Part shown: in pieces, positions 9,116-17,616 of the stretch | Layout: each line of letters opens with the position of its first letter | Position numbering within the stretch: the first letter of the stretch is position 1 | DNA from: a candidate division WWE3 bacterium UBA1401 | GTDB lineage: Bacteria; Patescibacteriota; WWE3; UBA101185; UBA10185 | DNA length: 64,000 bases | Direction of reading: 5' to 3' | Assembly: GCA_002305115.1 (NCBI GenBank) | Contig: DBQF01000003.1 | Location: 1,338-65,337 of the forward strand | Program-made: the position numbers and the translations under genes | The notes under the pieces: model-generated | The model's input: the letters and a program-made list of their open reading frames with translations, nothing else | Databases searched by the model: none | Told to the model about the DNA's origin: nothing

Positions 9116-10603
9116 TTAATTTAGCTTATAGACGCTCGCGATACTATTACCGTCAACTACAAGTGTATAGACAGGTATTTTCCCACTGGCAGAAAGCTGC
9201 TTTGGCTTAGATCTGTGATCGATGAAATACGTTGCCTGAGAACTATCTTTTGTAAACACAAATTTTGTACCCCCCTCTGCAAGGTGCATATTGTATTCTG
9301 TAGAAAGATGCGTGCCTATAACGTACACTTGTTCTTCTGTAGCTACTTTGGCAAGATGCTCATATACCTGTTTGCCCGAATTGCCCCAATAATCAAGCTC
9401 AAAGTTTTCTTCAATTTTGCCTGGGAGCTTTGCTATCTCATTAAAGTACACATAGTGGTGCGGATGTAGTTTAGCCATTGTGATAATAACAAGCGCAATC
9501 TGGACAACAACTGCATAAGTTACTAGCTTTTTAGTTTTCACATTGAGGCTTTGCAGCCACGTCATTCCATAGATACTAATTAGCAATAGTGCCGGATAAA
9601 TGAAAAACATTTGTCGCCACCCGTTATAAAGTGTTGATTTGAAATATATAACAGCACCTAAAGGCAATACAAACCAACCAAAAATGGGAAGCATATAGAT
9701 TAGAAATTTGCGCTTAAATAAGGCTAAAACCGCAGCAACTATTCCTGAAAAAAACAAACCAATATATAAAACTGGTGTTGTAACAGCTATCCAACCTAAA
9801 GTATAGTGCCAAGGCACTTTAAAACTGGAAACACTTTTGCCAAAATAAAGCGTGGCAGTCTTCTGATTATAATTAGCCATAGTCTCGAAAGCTTCTTTAA
9901 ATCTATCAACAGGGTCTTCCCATAAGATCGGAAAGAAAATGTAGACAAATAGTGTATACAATCCCACAAATAGAACGCTTAGCGTAAGGACATGAACAAA
10001 CTTCTTGCTTTTTAGAGTTAACAGAAAAAAGGTTGCCAACCCCAGCGCAGGAATCATAAGTGCCATAATACGTATGTCGGTAGCAATTGCTGCGGTAAGG
10101 GCAAACAATATAATCGAAATATAGCTCTGTTTTTTTAGAAACTGGATCAAGAAATAAAAAGCAATAATACAGGCAGACATGAAAGCCAAATCTTTGGTGT
10201 TGTAAAACGAATGCGCAAAGATTCGGGGACTTAAAACCAGCAAAAGCGTACCAAGCAAGGCAAGCTTCCAACTGCCAAATAATTCTTTTACCAGAAAATA
10301 GAAACAGATAGTGCTTATGTAAAAAAATAGGAAGGTGAGCAGATGGCGAGTTTCGTAAATTTCCCTTACAGTTGATAACTGTAAGCTGTCTTCGGCAAGA
10401 AAAAGGATGTATTCAAAAAAGGGGCCGTAGTATTTGTCTTTGGATCTAAGCATTTTGGGATCCTGATGATGCACATAGTTGAAAACACGCTTACCCAAGT
10501 CTCTTTGCAACGGCTCATCCCAGCTAATTCCAAAGTCTTTGTAAAGCAACAAACCTACTATAAGCAAAACAATAAAAAAAATGACTACAAGTGCTTTTTT
10601 CAT
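9116..10603 (-). CDS. GT-C fold membrane glycosyltransferase (ArnT/PMT family 39-like)
   Basis: About 11 TM helices. First-loop acidic motif ISWDEPLQRD. Soluble C-terminal domain. Confidence 0.65.
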   Translation of the reverse strand: MKKALVVIFFIVLLIVGLLLYKDFGISWDEPLQRDLGKRVFNYVHHQDPKMLRSKDKYYGPFFEYILFLAEDSLQLSTVREIYETRHLLTFLFFYISTICFYFLVKELFGSWKLALLGTLLLVLSPRIFAHSFYNTKDLAFMSACIIAFYFLIQFLKKQSYISIILFALTAAIATDIRIMALMIPALGLATFFLLTLKSKKFVHVLTLSVLFVGLYTLFVYIFFPILWEDPVDRFKEAFETMANYNQKTATLYFGKSVSSFKVPWHYTLGWIAVTTPVLYIGLFFSGIVAAVLALFKRKFLIYMLPIFGWFVLPLGAVIYFKSTLYNGWRQMFFIYPALLLISIYGMTWLQSLNVKTKKLVTYAVVVQIALVIITMAKLHPHHYVYFNEIAKLPGKIEENFELDYWGNSGKQVYEHLAKVATEEQVYVIGTHLSTEYNMHLAEGGTKFVFTKDSSQATYFIDHRSKPKQLSASGKIPVYTLVVDGNSIASVYKLN

Positions 10604-10685
10604 ATCTTACGCTTATTTTACACAAAACTAACCCAAGTCAAAAACCAATGACATAAAGTGTCACAATGAAGGAGGTGATATTTTA

Positions 10686-11078
10686 ATGAATGGCAGACCA
10701 CAGACTTACGCCGACTACTACGGCTATTCCACAGCCTACTATCCAGCATTCTCCAGCTGGGCGCCTTGGATAGATACTACTTATTACGGGCCAATGTATG
10801 AATGGACAGATGAAGATATTGCAGACAATGTAATAAACAACATTGATTCAAACCCCTATATTTCCAGATCTTCCAAGGACAACATTGAGGTTGGCGTAAA
10901 AGATGGTGTTGTTACACTTAGTGGGGAGGTAAAGAACAGGCATGACCAATTTCTGGCTTATGCCGACGCGTTCTGGTCCTCTGGAGTAGTAGAAGTAGTT
11001 AACGAGTTGAAGATTAGAGAAGAACCTAAAAAGAGAGAAGAAGAGAAAAAGGCAGACAAAGAAAAAATGAAGAAATAA
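10686..11078 (+). CDS. BON-domain protein with Tyr-rich N-terminus and Lys/Glu-rich tail
   Basis: DGVVTLSGEVKNRHDQFLAYADAFWSSGVVEVVNELKI is a BON-domain pattern. Strong SD AAGGAGGTGAT upstream. Confidence 0.65.
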   Translation: MNGRPQTYADYYGYSTAYYPAFSSWAPWIDTTYYGPMYEWTDEDIADNVINNIDSNPYISRSSKDNIEVGVKDGVVTLSGEVKNRHDQFLAYADAFWSSGVVEVVNELKIREEPKKREEEKKADKEKMKK

Positions 11079-11089
11079 CGGAAGAATTC

Positions 11090-11114
11090 GCCTGTCTCCA
11101 CTCTGGGGACAGGC
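11090..11114 (+). terminator. stem-loop after the BON gene (GCCTGTC-N11-GACAGGC)
   Basis: Perfect 7-bp stem read in sequence. The trailing tract is A/T-rich but not a clean U-run. Confidence 0.45.
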
Positions 11115-11251
11115 ATTAAAATCTACAGATAATGTTTTTATGACAGCTAAAATTGGACTTTTTTATTTACAAAAATTTGGTATAATCTCCAAACATTACC
11201 CGAAGATTGGGAAAAGTACAAAGTTGTGGTTACAAGTTAACTGGAGGTAAA

Positions 11252-11836
11252 ATGCCAAAATTTAATTTAGAAGATTACGAACCCGTAGAAGACAGATTAG
11301 AAAGATTCCACAAAGAGTTCAAAGAAGGCAGAGTAGTAACTGAAATGGTTCAATACTCAGAAGATAGAGTTGTGTTTAAAGCATCTCTTTTTAGATCATT
11401 CGACGAAGATAAACCCTGGGCTACAGGATATGCTGAAGAAACCAGAGGTATGGGTGGATTGGTAAATACAACAAGTCACCTGGAAAACTGCGAAACTTCC
11501 GCCATTGGGAGAGCGCTCGCTAATGCAGGCTATGCACCAAAGGGCAAGCGGCCAAGCAAAGAAGAAATGCAAAAGGTTAGGTCTAGACTTACCGAAGTGG
11601 CTGCCTTGAAAAATGAGAAGAAAGTACAGGCAACCCTTGGGTTAGATATGGATGCTGCAAGGGAAATTAAGCGCCTATACGCAATAACTGCCAGGCTGCA
11701 TCCAAAAGCTCAGAATATTGGGCAGCGCGTAATGAAAATGGCCAATGATAAAGGTTACGAGTCCTTGAACAAAGTTCCAGCCGAGGTTATTAGAGAGCTT
11801 GCAGATGGGTTGGAGCAACAACTGGAAAGCAAATAA
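11252..11836 (+). CDS. conserved hypothetical protein, phage-associated-looking
   Basis: Start moved to the ATG at 11252, behind a GGAGG RBS. The motif HLENCETSAIGRALANAGY recalls proteins I associate with phage recombination or ssDNA-binding modules, but I cannot name the family. Confidence 0.4.
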   Translation: MPKFNLEDYEPVEDRLERFHKEFKEGRVVTEMVQYSEDRVVFKASLFRSFDEDKPWATGYAEETRGMGGLVNTTSHLENCETSAIGRALANAGYAPKGKRPSKEEMQKVRSRLTEVAALKNEKKVQATLGLDMDAAREIKRLYAITARLHPKAQNIGQRVMKMANDKGYESLNKVPAEVIRELADGLEQQLESK

Positions 11837-11837
11837 T

Positions 11838-12215
11838 ATGACTGAACTGACAGAAGAAGAAAAAGAGGTAATACTACATAAAAAGACTGAAATGCCTTTT
11901 TCCGGAAAATACAACGAGTTTTTCAAAGAAGGAACTTATGTCTGTAAACAATGTGGTAACCCTCTTTTTCCTTCTGCTGCTAAATTTAGGGCAGGATGCG
12001 GATGGCCAAGCTTCGACGAGCATTTTCCTGGAGCTGTAAGAAGAGTTCCAGACCCAAATGGTTTTAGAACAGAAATTATTTGCGCCAAATGTGGTGGGCA
12101 TTTAGGCCATGTTTTTGAGGGTGAACGTTTTACACCAAGAAATACCAGGCACTGTGTAAATTCTTTATCGCTAAGATTTATTCCTAAACAACCTGATAAA
12201 GATAAGCCCAAATAA
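11838..12215 (+). CDS. msrB: peptide-methionine (R)-S-oxide reductase
   Basis: CxxC pairs (CKQCGNPLF, CAKCGGHLGHVF), GCGWPSF and RHCVNS catalytic motifs. Start at the ATG at 11838, 1 nt after the upstream stop. Confidence 0.9.
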   Translation: MTELTEEEKEVILHKKTEMPFSGKYNEFFKEGTYVCKQCGNPLFPSAAKFRAGCGWPSFDEHFPGAVRRVPDPNGFRTEIICAKCGGHLGHVFEGERFTPRNTRHCVNSLSLRFIPKQPDKDKPK

Positions 12216-12815
12216 AAAACCTCCAACGTGTGCAAGATATGCAACGCCTCCGGTTCCAGGAAAATTAAGCTGTCCAATACCCGAAAACACTTGGATAGTA
12301 ATCCAGTAGATGAGCATTGCCTGTGCAGGTATTGTTATCTTAAAAAACAAAAAGCCAATGGGTAATATCGCATCTATTTTGTGTCTGGGAAAAAGCATCA
12401 GATAACCACCCATAACTCCGGCAATAGCGCCGGAGGCCCCTAGAACAGGTATTTCGGAACCAGGCTCAATTATAATTTGCACAAACGATGCAACAAAGCC
12501 TGAAAGCAAATAAAAGACGAGGAATTTTATACTGCCAAGTTCATTTTCTAAACTATCTCCAAAAATTTTGAGTGCTAGCATGTTACCAATTATGTGTATA
12601 AAGCCACCGTGAATGAAAATTGCAGTTACTAGTGTATACAAATTTTGCCCTTGAACGATCTCATTTGGTACAAGTGCATATGCTTGAATGAATTGGAATA
12701 GTTCAGGCTGGGGTCTTAATAACATCAAGACAAATACCACAGTGTTTATAACAATCAGTAGGTATGTAACCATAGCGACACCGTGTGGCGAGCTACGATC
12801 TCTTATTGGGATCAT
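12171..12815 (-). CDS. rhomboid family intramembrane serine protease
   Basis: HIIGNM, GASGAIAGVMG (catalytic Ser) and AHVGGFLFG (catalytic His) motifs. Start set to the ATG at 12815. The 3' end overlaps msrB by 45 nt, convergently. Confidence 0.85.
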   Translation of the reverse strand: MIPIRDRSSPHGVAMVTYLLIVINTVVFVLMLLRPQPELFQFIQAYALVPNEIVQGQNLYTLVTAIFIHGGFIHIIGNMLALKIFGDSLENELGSIKFLVFYLLSGFVASFVQIIIEPGSEIPVLGASGAIAGVMGGYLMLFPRHKIDAILPIGFLFFKITIPAQAMLIYWITIQVFSGIGQLNFPGTGGVAYLAHVGGFLFGLIFIRLFRNKS

Positions 12816-13011
12816 ACAGTTATTTTGACTGCAGGTAGTTAGCAAGCTGCTTGATTTTTGTAATATTTCGATAAGAATTCCTTGATTTTTTTAGGGGAGT
12901 GTTTACTATTATTGTATGAAGCAAAGTAATAATCTGAAGTATCAAGACACTTTAATACTTCTAGCTCTACTACTCACTACATTTTTAGTATTTATAGTAG
13001 TAGCCTAAAAA

Positions 13012-13070
13012 GTGCAGGGTCTGCCCTGCACCTCGCCTTGGCAGTAGGCCAGGTCTGCATGCTACAGACC
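13012..13070. terminator. two GC-rich hairpins between convergent transcription units
   Basis: GTGCAGGG-TCTG-CCCTGCAC (13012-13031) and GGTCTG-CATGCTA-CAGACC (13052-13070). Confidence 0.45.
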
Positions 13071-13098
13071 CGTGTATGGTCTAGAAGGTTTTATTGGT

Positions 13099-13662
13099 TT
13101 AGTTATTACCGCCCCAATTCCAATTTGTATCGCTGACCCAGGACCACATTTCTGGGTTAGCTAGTTTCTTGAGTTCCTCAATTTGGAATTCTTCAGAAAC
13201 ATTTCCGTTACCTCCAAAATTCCAAGATTCAGGATTGCTGCAATCTAGTGTCTGCATTTGAGACTTAAATTCCGAGAGTTTTGCAGTAAACTGCAATTTC
13301 ATATCTGCAGCTTGCTGTTCTAAATCTGGAACTTGAGCTCTTATCTTAGATGTATCAATTCCTTGAGCATCTAGTTGATCTAAAGCAGCCATGAGACGAG
13401 TTGTAGCGTCATTAATTCGCGTATCAGCGCTAGCAATTTTCGTGTCCGCATCCGCCATTCTTTGTTCAACTTGGGCCAAGACGCTTTCACATTTAGCCGT
13501 CATGTCTTGCTGAATGCTGCCCATGTTACTGCCAGTAGAGCCTAGGAAACCATTCCTAAAGCTACCAACAAAACTTCCGAATGTTTGCGCATTCGCAACA
13601 CCTGAAAGAGCATATACTGCAGTTGCTACAGCAACCACAGCTAGTTGTCTTGTTTTTAGCAT
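13099..13662 (-). CDS. secreted coiled-coil protein with Trp-rich C-terminus, function unknown
   Basis: Signal peptide MLKTRQLAVVAVATAVYALSGVANA-Q. Heptad-like ADTKIASADTRINDATTRL region. Strong SD AAAGGAGGTGA. Confidence 0.5.
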   Translation of the reverse strand: MLKTRQLAVVAVATAVYALSGVANAQTFGSFVGSFRNGFLGSTGSNMGSIQQDMTAKCESVLAQVEQRMADADTKIASADTRINDATTRLMAALDQLDAQGIDTSKIRAQVPDLEQQAADMKLQFTAKLSEFKSQMQTLDCSNPESWNFGGNGNVSEEFQIEELKKLANPEMWSWVSDTNWNWGGNN

Positions 13663-13766
13663 TTAATTCTTTCACCTCCTTTCAACACCATTTTTTGGTG
13701 TATCCACGAGGCTTTCCAGGCACCCGTGGTAATTTAATACACAGGCGCTTCCTGCTAAAACAGTGG

Positions 13767-13797
13767 ATTATAGCACAAGAGGTTATAGATTTGTCAA
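13767..13797 (-). promoter_or_regulatory. promoter for the 13099-13662 gene: TTGACA (revcomp of 13792-13797), TGcTATAAT (hexamer revcomp of 13767-13772)
   Basis: Consensus -35 and extended -10 read on the minus strand. The 19-nt spacer is long. It leaves a leader of about 100 nt. Confidence 0.5.
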
Positions 13798-13807
13798 TAG
13801 TGATTGG

Positions 13808-14314
13808 CTATGGGTGATGGCTTTGCAACTGGATCAGACAGGTTTCGATCGCACTCTTTAACCCCATCTCCCGTTGCTCTGGACTGCCAGAGTATAACTC
13901 CCAGGCGTGGATTAGGGCATTCCAAACTTCCAAAGTTTTTGTGTTGGTTGTTTTATTTTCCAGTACACGTGATTTAGTTTGCTTACTTATAATATTGCCA
14001 CTACCATAGCCAAAAAATCGGTTACCATCACTAGACACAAGGGCACACCAGGTCTCTTCACACAAATCAATGCCCCTTGTAGTGAGTCCTGTTTCTATTC
14101 CGATATAATAATCACAACCCGGTATGGTAGTTAAAGCATTCATTGCCCGATTAATGGCACCAGATTTTGTCTGAGCATCCCAAGGTGTGTTCGGTACACC
14201 AGAATCAACTACACTGTGGGTGACTTCAATAGCATGATTTGGAAAGTAGTAGGAAAACAGTTGTTTTACAAGCTCAACCTTTTTTGGATTTCCCGAGGCT
14301 ACATGTACTTTCAT
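13808..14314 (-). CDS. inosine/xanthosine triphosphatase-like NTPase (YjjX/DUF84 family)
   Basis: MKVHVASGNPKKVELV start and GVPNTPWDAQTKSGAINRA...YYIGIETGL fit the YjjX pattern. Start set to the ATG at 14314. Confidence 0.65.
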   Translation of the reverse strand: MKVHVASGNPKKVELVKQLFSYYFPNHAIEVTHSVVDSGVPNTPWDAQTKSGAINRAMNALTTIPGCDYYIGIETGLTTRGIDLCEETWCALVSSDGNRFFGYGSGNIISKQTKSRVLENKTTNTKTLEVWNALIHAWELYSGSPEQREMGLKSAIETCLIQLQSHHP

Positions 14315-14342
14315 GGGTTTATTGTATAACCAAGTCTGTTTA

Positions 14343-14990
14343 CTAATCAAAAGCTAGGCCTGCTTCTTGAAGGACCATTTTGCAGTTATGCCACTGACCA
14401 TCAAACACAAGATGTTCTTGCAACTCAGAGTACTTTACCCACTTAATGCTCCTTAGCTCGTCTTCTTGCATATCAAGCTCTTCTTTGTCGCCAGTAAACC
14501 TAACAATGAACTGCAACTTTTCTTGTCCGCGCCACCATTTCCCATACTTTCTAAAACCCAAATCTATATTTTCTTGAGGCCAATCGAATTTAATGATTAT
14601 TGGGCTTTGTTTTACTATTTGAAAGTCAGTGGAACCCAGCTCTTCGTGTAGTTCTCGTAAGATGCCTTGTTCGGGGTTTTCGCCATCTTCTAGGCCACCG
14701 CCCGGAAAATCCCACTCATTTTTTTTATATGAGTTTTTTTGCACAATAAGGAAGTCGTTGTCTAAATCAACTACTATGGCGTTTACTCCTTGTCTGTAAG
14801 GGAAATTAGCTGAGGGGGATTGCTTTTCCATTCGCACAGATTCTAGAACATCGAGGTTATGAAATTTCACCTGCACACCATCAGCAAGACGCAACTTAAG
14901 ATGAGACCAGATAGGCCTATTCGTGCTAGACAAATCCCACTCAAACTCTGCATACCTTGCAACTAAATCGTCATAAGACTCATTAATCAC
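14343..14990 (-). CDS. NUDIX hydrolase with a roughly 60-aa N-terminal extension
   Basis: Nudix box GGGLEDGENPEQGILRELHEELG. Confidence 0.8.
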   Translation of the reverse strand: MINESYDDLVARYAEFEWDLSSTNRPIWSHLKLRLADGVQVKFHNLDVLESVRMEKQSPSANFPYRQGVNAIVVDLDNDFLIVQKNSYKKNEWDFPGGGLEDGENPEQGILRELHEELGSTDFQIVKQSPIIIKFDWPQENIDLGFRKYGKWWRGQEKLQFIVRFTGDKEELDMQEDELRSIKWVKYSELQEHLVFDGQWHNCKMVLQEAGLAFD

Positions 14991-15005
14991 AAACTCCGCA
15001 TGCTC

Positions 15006-15314
15006 TCAGCCAGAATCACAAACCTGCTCAGTTTTCTGCTCGATTACTTCCAGCGCAATAAGAGCTTTATCTTTATAAGGAATCGGTTGTGAAACTTTAA
15101 TAATCCCAACCCTTCTGCCTCCAATAACGGATTCATTGAAAAATTCCCCAAACTTACTTAATTCACTAACTTTACTATCATAATCTTCGGAGGAAGAGGC
15201 CTGATATGCAACATGATCCATGCTGTAATTGGAAACATCTATGCCTTTGGCTTTTAGTAGCTCAAAGAAGTTATCTAGAAAGTTGTTTAAGCCTGGTATC
15301 TCGCTGATGTTCAT
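15006..15314 (-). CDS. YecM/VOC-like small protein (tentative)
   Basis: MDHVAYQASSSEDYD...GGRRVGIIKV...ALEVIE pattern. Start set to the ATG at 15314 (TATACT, revcomp of 15321-15326, plus 6 nt). Confidence 0.4.
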   Translation of the reverse strand: MNISEIPGLNNFLDNFFELLKAKGIDVSNYSMDHVAYQASSSEDYDSKVSELSKFGEFFNESVIGGRRVGIIKVSQPIPYKDKALIALEVIEQKTEQVCDSG

Positions 15315-15352
15315 ATGGTAAGTATACAATGGCTCAACAAAATCAAACTAAT

Positions 15353-15634
15353 TTAGCTTCCCAAATTTGTAAAAACACCCACCGCAAGCTCTGCCCAAAC
15401 CCAAAGAAATGCTAATGTGAAAACAATACCTAATGCAATTCTGTACTTTTTGTTTATTTTTCGGGCTATCAACACAAAGAAACTACCGGTACCAAAAATA
15501 AGAGTGCCCATAACAACAAAGTCACCTAGTGACCAATTCACCTCACTGCTAAATTGCATGGTGAGTAGGGGAATTAGCAGTAAGAAACCTGTCGCAAACG
15601 TAATCCAAAGGTATATTTTATTGCACATAATCAT
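15353..15634 (-). CDS. small membrane protein (3 TM), unknown function
   Basis: Hydrophobic ORF with positive-inside loops. No motif recognised. Confidence 0.4.
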   Translation of the reverse strand: MIMCNKIYLWITFATGFLLLIPLLTMQFSSEVNWSLGDFVVMGTLIFGTGSFFVLIARKINKKYRIALGIVFTLAFLWVWAELAVGVFTNLGS

Positions 15635-15708
15635 AGTGAAGTGATTATATACCAGAAAAATTTTCTAGCCCACGCTTCTATTTGTTAACCTATGTTATGA
15701 TAAAAACA

Positions 15709-15991
15709 ATGGATCTGCGGATAATTCAAAGAAACGTCGATAAAAGCACAGGCTCAGCTATTGAAGAATTCAAAGCTGTTCGCAATCCGCTATACCGCAG
15801 AAAGTCTAGACTTTGGCGTTTATTCCAATGAACACGACGGCGCACGTTTACCAATAGACTGCACATATTCGCTAGACAATACTATTTTTTATAGAAATCA
15901 GCCAATGCGGGTGGTTTTTGTGCATGGTTTGCGGGCTAATCAGCAGAGCCAGGATCACGATTGGGTTTCTTTAAAACATCAAACGGATTGA
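15709..15991 (+). pseudogene. probable gene remnant (two short frames; possible alpha/beta-hydrolase N-terminal fragment)
   Basis: A 40-codon ATG ORF (15709-15831) and the overlapping 15761-15991 ORF are in different frames. The latter contains MRVVFVHGL, like the start of alpha/beta hydrolases, but ends after 76 aa. Confidence 0.25.
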
Positions 15992-16376
15992 AAATAATAG
16001 TTTAATAATTCTCATATTAAACCGGTAGATAATAGAATTAAAACCAATACAGTAAAAACAGCGAAAACCCCTACAGTTTTAACGAATAAATTTACCGCAT
16101 CCTTTTTTCTCCCTTCAAGAAAAAATAGAACCGGTTGGTAGAAGAACAGAAAAGCCATTACAGTAACGGAGAGTGTAAGTACTGTAAGGATTTGATAAAG
16201 AAGTAATCATTTCCGTTCTAAATATAAAAGACAAAACAGAACAAAAAGAAATTTTTTCTAAGTATCTGAAAAGCTTTTATAGAGAAAGAGAAAAAGATTT
16301 TGAATATGTTAAAGACACGTATAACAAAATTTGGGCAGATAAATCTGACTACTTTTTTGAAACAATTACCAAATTA

Positions 16377-16856
16377 ATGGGAAACATAGATTGGAAATTT
16401 GACATCTATAGTTTCTTAGTAAGCTCTTTCTATTCTAAGGCATCTTGGGGTACTAGTAATCAGCTGGCTGTCTGGTGGAAAAGAGACCCCAAAACGAAAT
16501 ATTATATGAATGCCTATGAACTAATCTTGTCGCACGTATTTGAAACCGTTGACCATATTTATAATAAAAGACCTACTGAAGACGATAAGATTTGGGCGAT
16601 CGCTGAGATAACTGCATACTTTTATGTTTATAGAGAAGCTGATATGGTCAGTAATTTATGGCCCTGGCTTAAAGATCGGGTACAAAAAGAGACTGCTTAT
16701 GAACATTTTTACAATGGAAGTTACAAACAACTAGGAAAACCAGCTGAAGATCTCTATAATTTTTATACAAAGCAACTTCCTTATCAAGATTATCTAAAGG
16801 AGGCCATCCAGTATATTGATACCTATACAGTCGATTATTTGAACAACCCACTTTAA
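16377..16856 (+). CDS. hypothetical protein; reading frame stays open upstream to 16188 without a canonical start
   Basis: 159-aa ORF from the ATG. 63 further in-frame codons upstream (GFDKEVIISVLNIKDKTEQKEIFSKYLKSFYREREKDFEYVKDTYNKIWADKSDYFFETITKL) contain no ATG, GTG or TTG. Confidence 0.4.
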   Translation: MGNIDWKFDIYSFLVSSFYSKASWGTSNQLAVWWKRDPKTKYYMNAYELILSHVFETVDHIYNKRPTEDDKIWAIAEITAYFYVYREADMVSNLWPWLKDRVQKETAYEHFYNGSYKQLGKPAEDLYNFYTKQLPYQDYLKEAIQYIDTYTVDYLNNPL

Positions 16857-16949
16857 CTGTTTAGCTTAAGTATTCCTAACCTTACGATATTTTAGGCCAC
16901 ATTCCATACATCATGTGTCTTATACGGTGTTGTTATAGGAAGAAAACCC

Positions 16950-17023
16950 TGGCTGGGGGATAGGGATTCGAACCCCAATAGGCGGGACCAAAACCCGCAG
17001 TCCTACCATTAGACGATCCCCCA
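16950..17023 (-). tRNA. tRNA-Gln (anticodon UUG), CCA encoded
   Basis: Minus strand TGGGGGATCGTCTAATGGTAGGACTGCGGGTTTTGGTCCCGCCTATTGGGGTTCGAATCCCTATCCCCCAGCCA. I folded the cloverleaf by hand: 7-bp acceptor, anticodon stem GCGGG/CCCGC, loop TTTTGGT, T-loop TTCGAAT. Confidence 0.9.
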
Positions 17024-17026
17024 ATG

Positions 17027-17503
17027 TCAGCGCAGAAGCATTATATCAAAAAAATACCATAAAAACGGCAAAACAGTAACAAATTCAAACAATTTTCTAT
17101 TGAAACTGGGTTTTAGTACTGGAGAAAAATACCTTGCACTCCATGGCCACAACAATTGCTTCTGAGAAACTAGTGTATCCATAAGAATGTGAATACCAAG
17201 ACAAATGGCGGGAATTACTGACAAATTAAAGCCATACAAGATTAGCAATAGAATTAAGCATGTGATAGGCCTTTGCAAAAAGCTGTGATTCGGTAAGGTG
17301 TCAGGAACATAGTTAGTTTTTGTAACAGCAAGACTTCTCAATTGTTCCAGGCTAGTCTTTGGGTACAGCAATATGTGATCAAGGTCAATTCCAACACCTA
17401 ATGCATAAGAGAGCAGAACAGTGGAACTTGTAAGTTCAATGCCTGTTTTTTGTGCTATTAGTAGTATGCTCGTCGTAGCAACTAGATGTGATGTGATAAG
17501 CAT
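17027..17503 (-). CDS. membrane-bound metal-dependent hydrolase-like protein (YdjM/DUF457-like)
   Basis: Polytopic protein with a GIDLDHIL motif. Start set to the ATG at 17503 (MLITSHLV...). The stop lies 3 nt from the tRNA-Gln 5' end. Confidence 0.5.
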   Translation of the reverse strand: MLITSHLVATTSILLIAQKTGIELTSSTVLLSYALGVGIDLDHILLYPKTSLEQLRSLAVTKTNYVPDTLPNHSFLQRPITCLILLLILYGFNLSVIPAICLGIHILMDTLVSQKQLLWPWSARYFSPVLKPSFNRKLFEFVTVLPFLWYFFDIMLLR

Positions 17504-17575
17504 AGGTTTGAGACGGAAATTGGCTGTGCCATCCAGAGCACTAACAGAAATTGATAGTGTTATTTCCAAACTAGT

Positions 17576-17616
17576 CCTTCTTCGCTACGCTACGAAGGAC
17601 ATCCGCCTGCGGCGGA
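17576..17616 (-). repeat. GC-rich hairpin modules in the 3' trailer of tRNA-Val
   Basis: Minus strand TCCGCC-GCA-GGCGGA, then CTTCG-TAGCGTAG-CGAAG. It shares the words CCTTCTTCG, CTACGCTA, CGAAGG and GGCGGA with the 50-nt insert at 17771-17820, in opposite orientation. Confidence 0.6.

Noticed and set aside
12171-12215. 45-nt convergent overlap of the msrB and rhomboid 3' ends, considered a possible annotation error
   Set aside because: Both C-termini look like natural ends of their families (…SLRFIPKQ… and …AHVGGFLFGLIFIRLF…). The overlap is probably real but unremarkable.
12916-13008. 30-aa hydrophobic ORF (MKQSNNLKYQDTLILLALLLTTFLVFIVVA) in the 250-nt spacer after the rhomboid gene
   Set aside because: It is too short to support from sequence alone, and it has no clear promoter or RBS. 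It remains possible as a small membrane peptide because two hairpins follow it.
13012-13070. GC-rich double hairpin considered as a small ncRNA or tRNA-like element
   Set aside because: It has no T-loop or other conserved RNA motif. Its position between convergent transcription units fits simple bidirectional terminators.
16012-16158. 48-aa minus-strand hydrophobic ORF
   Set aside because: It has no recognisable start signals and lies in a region that looks like gene debris.
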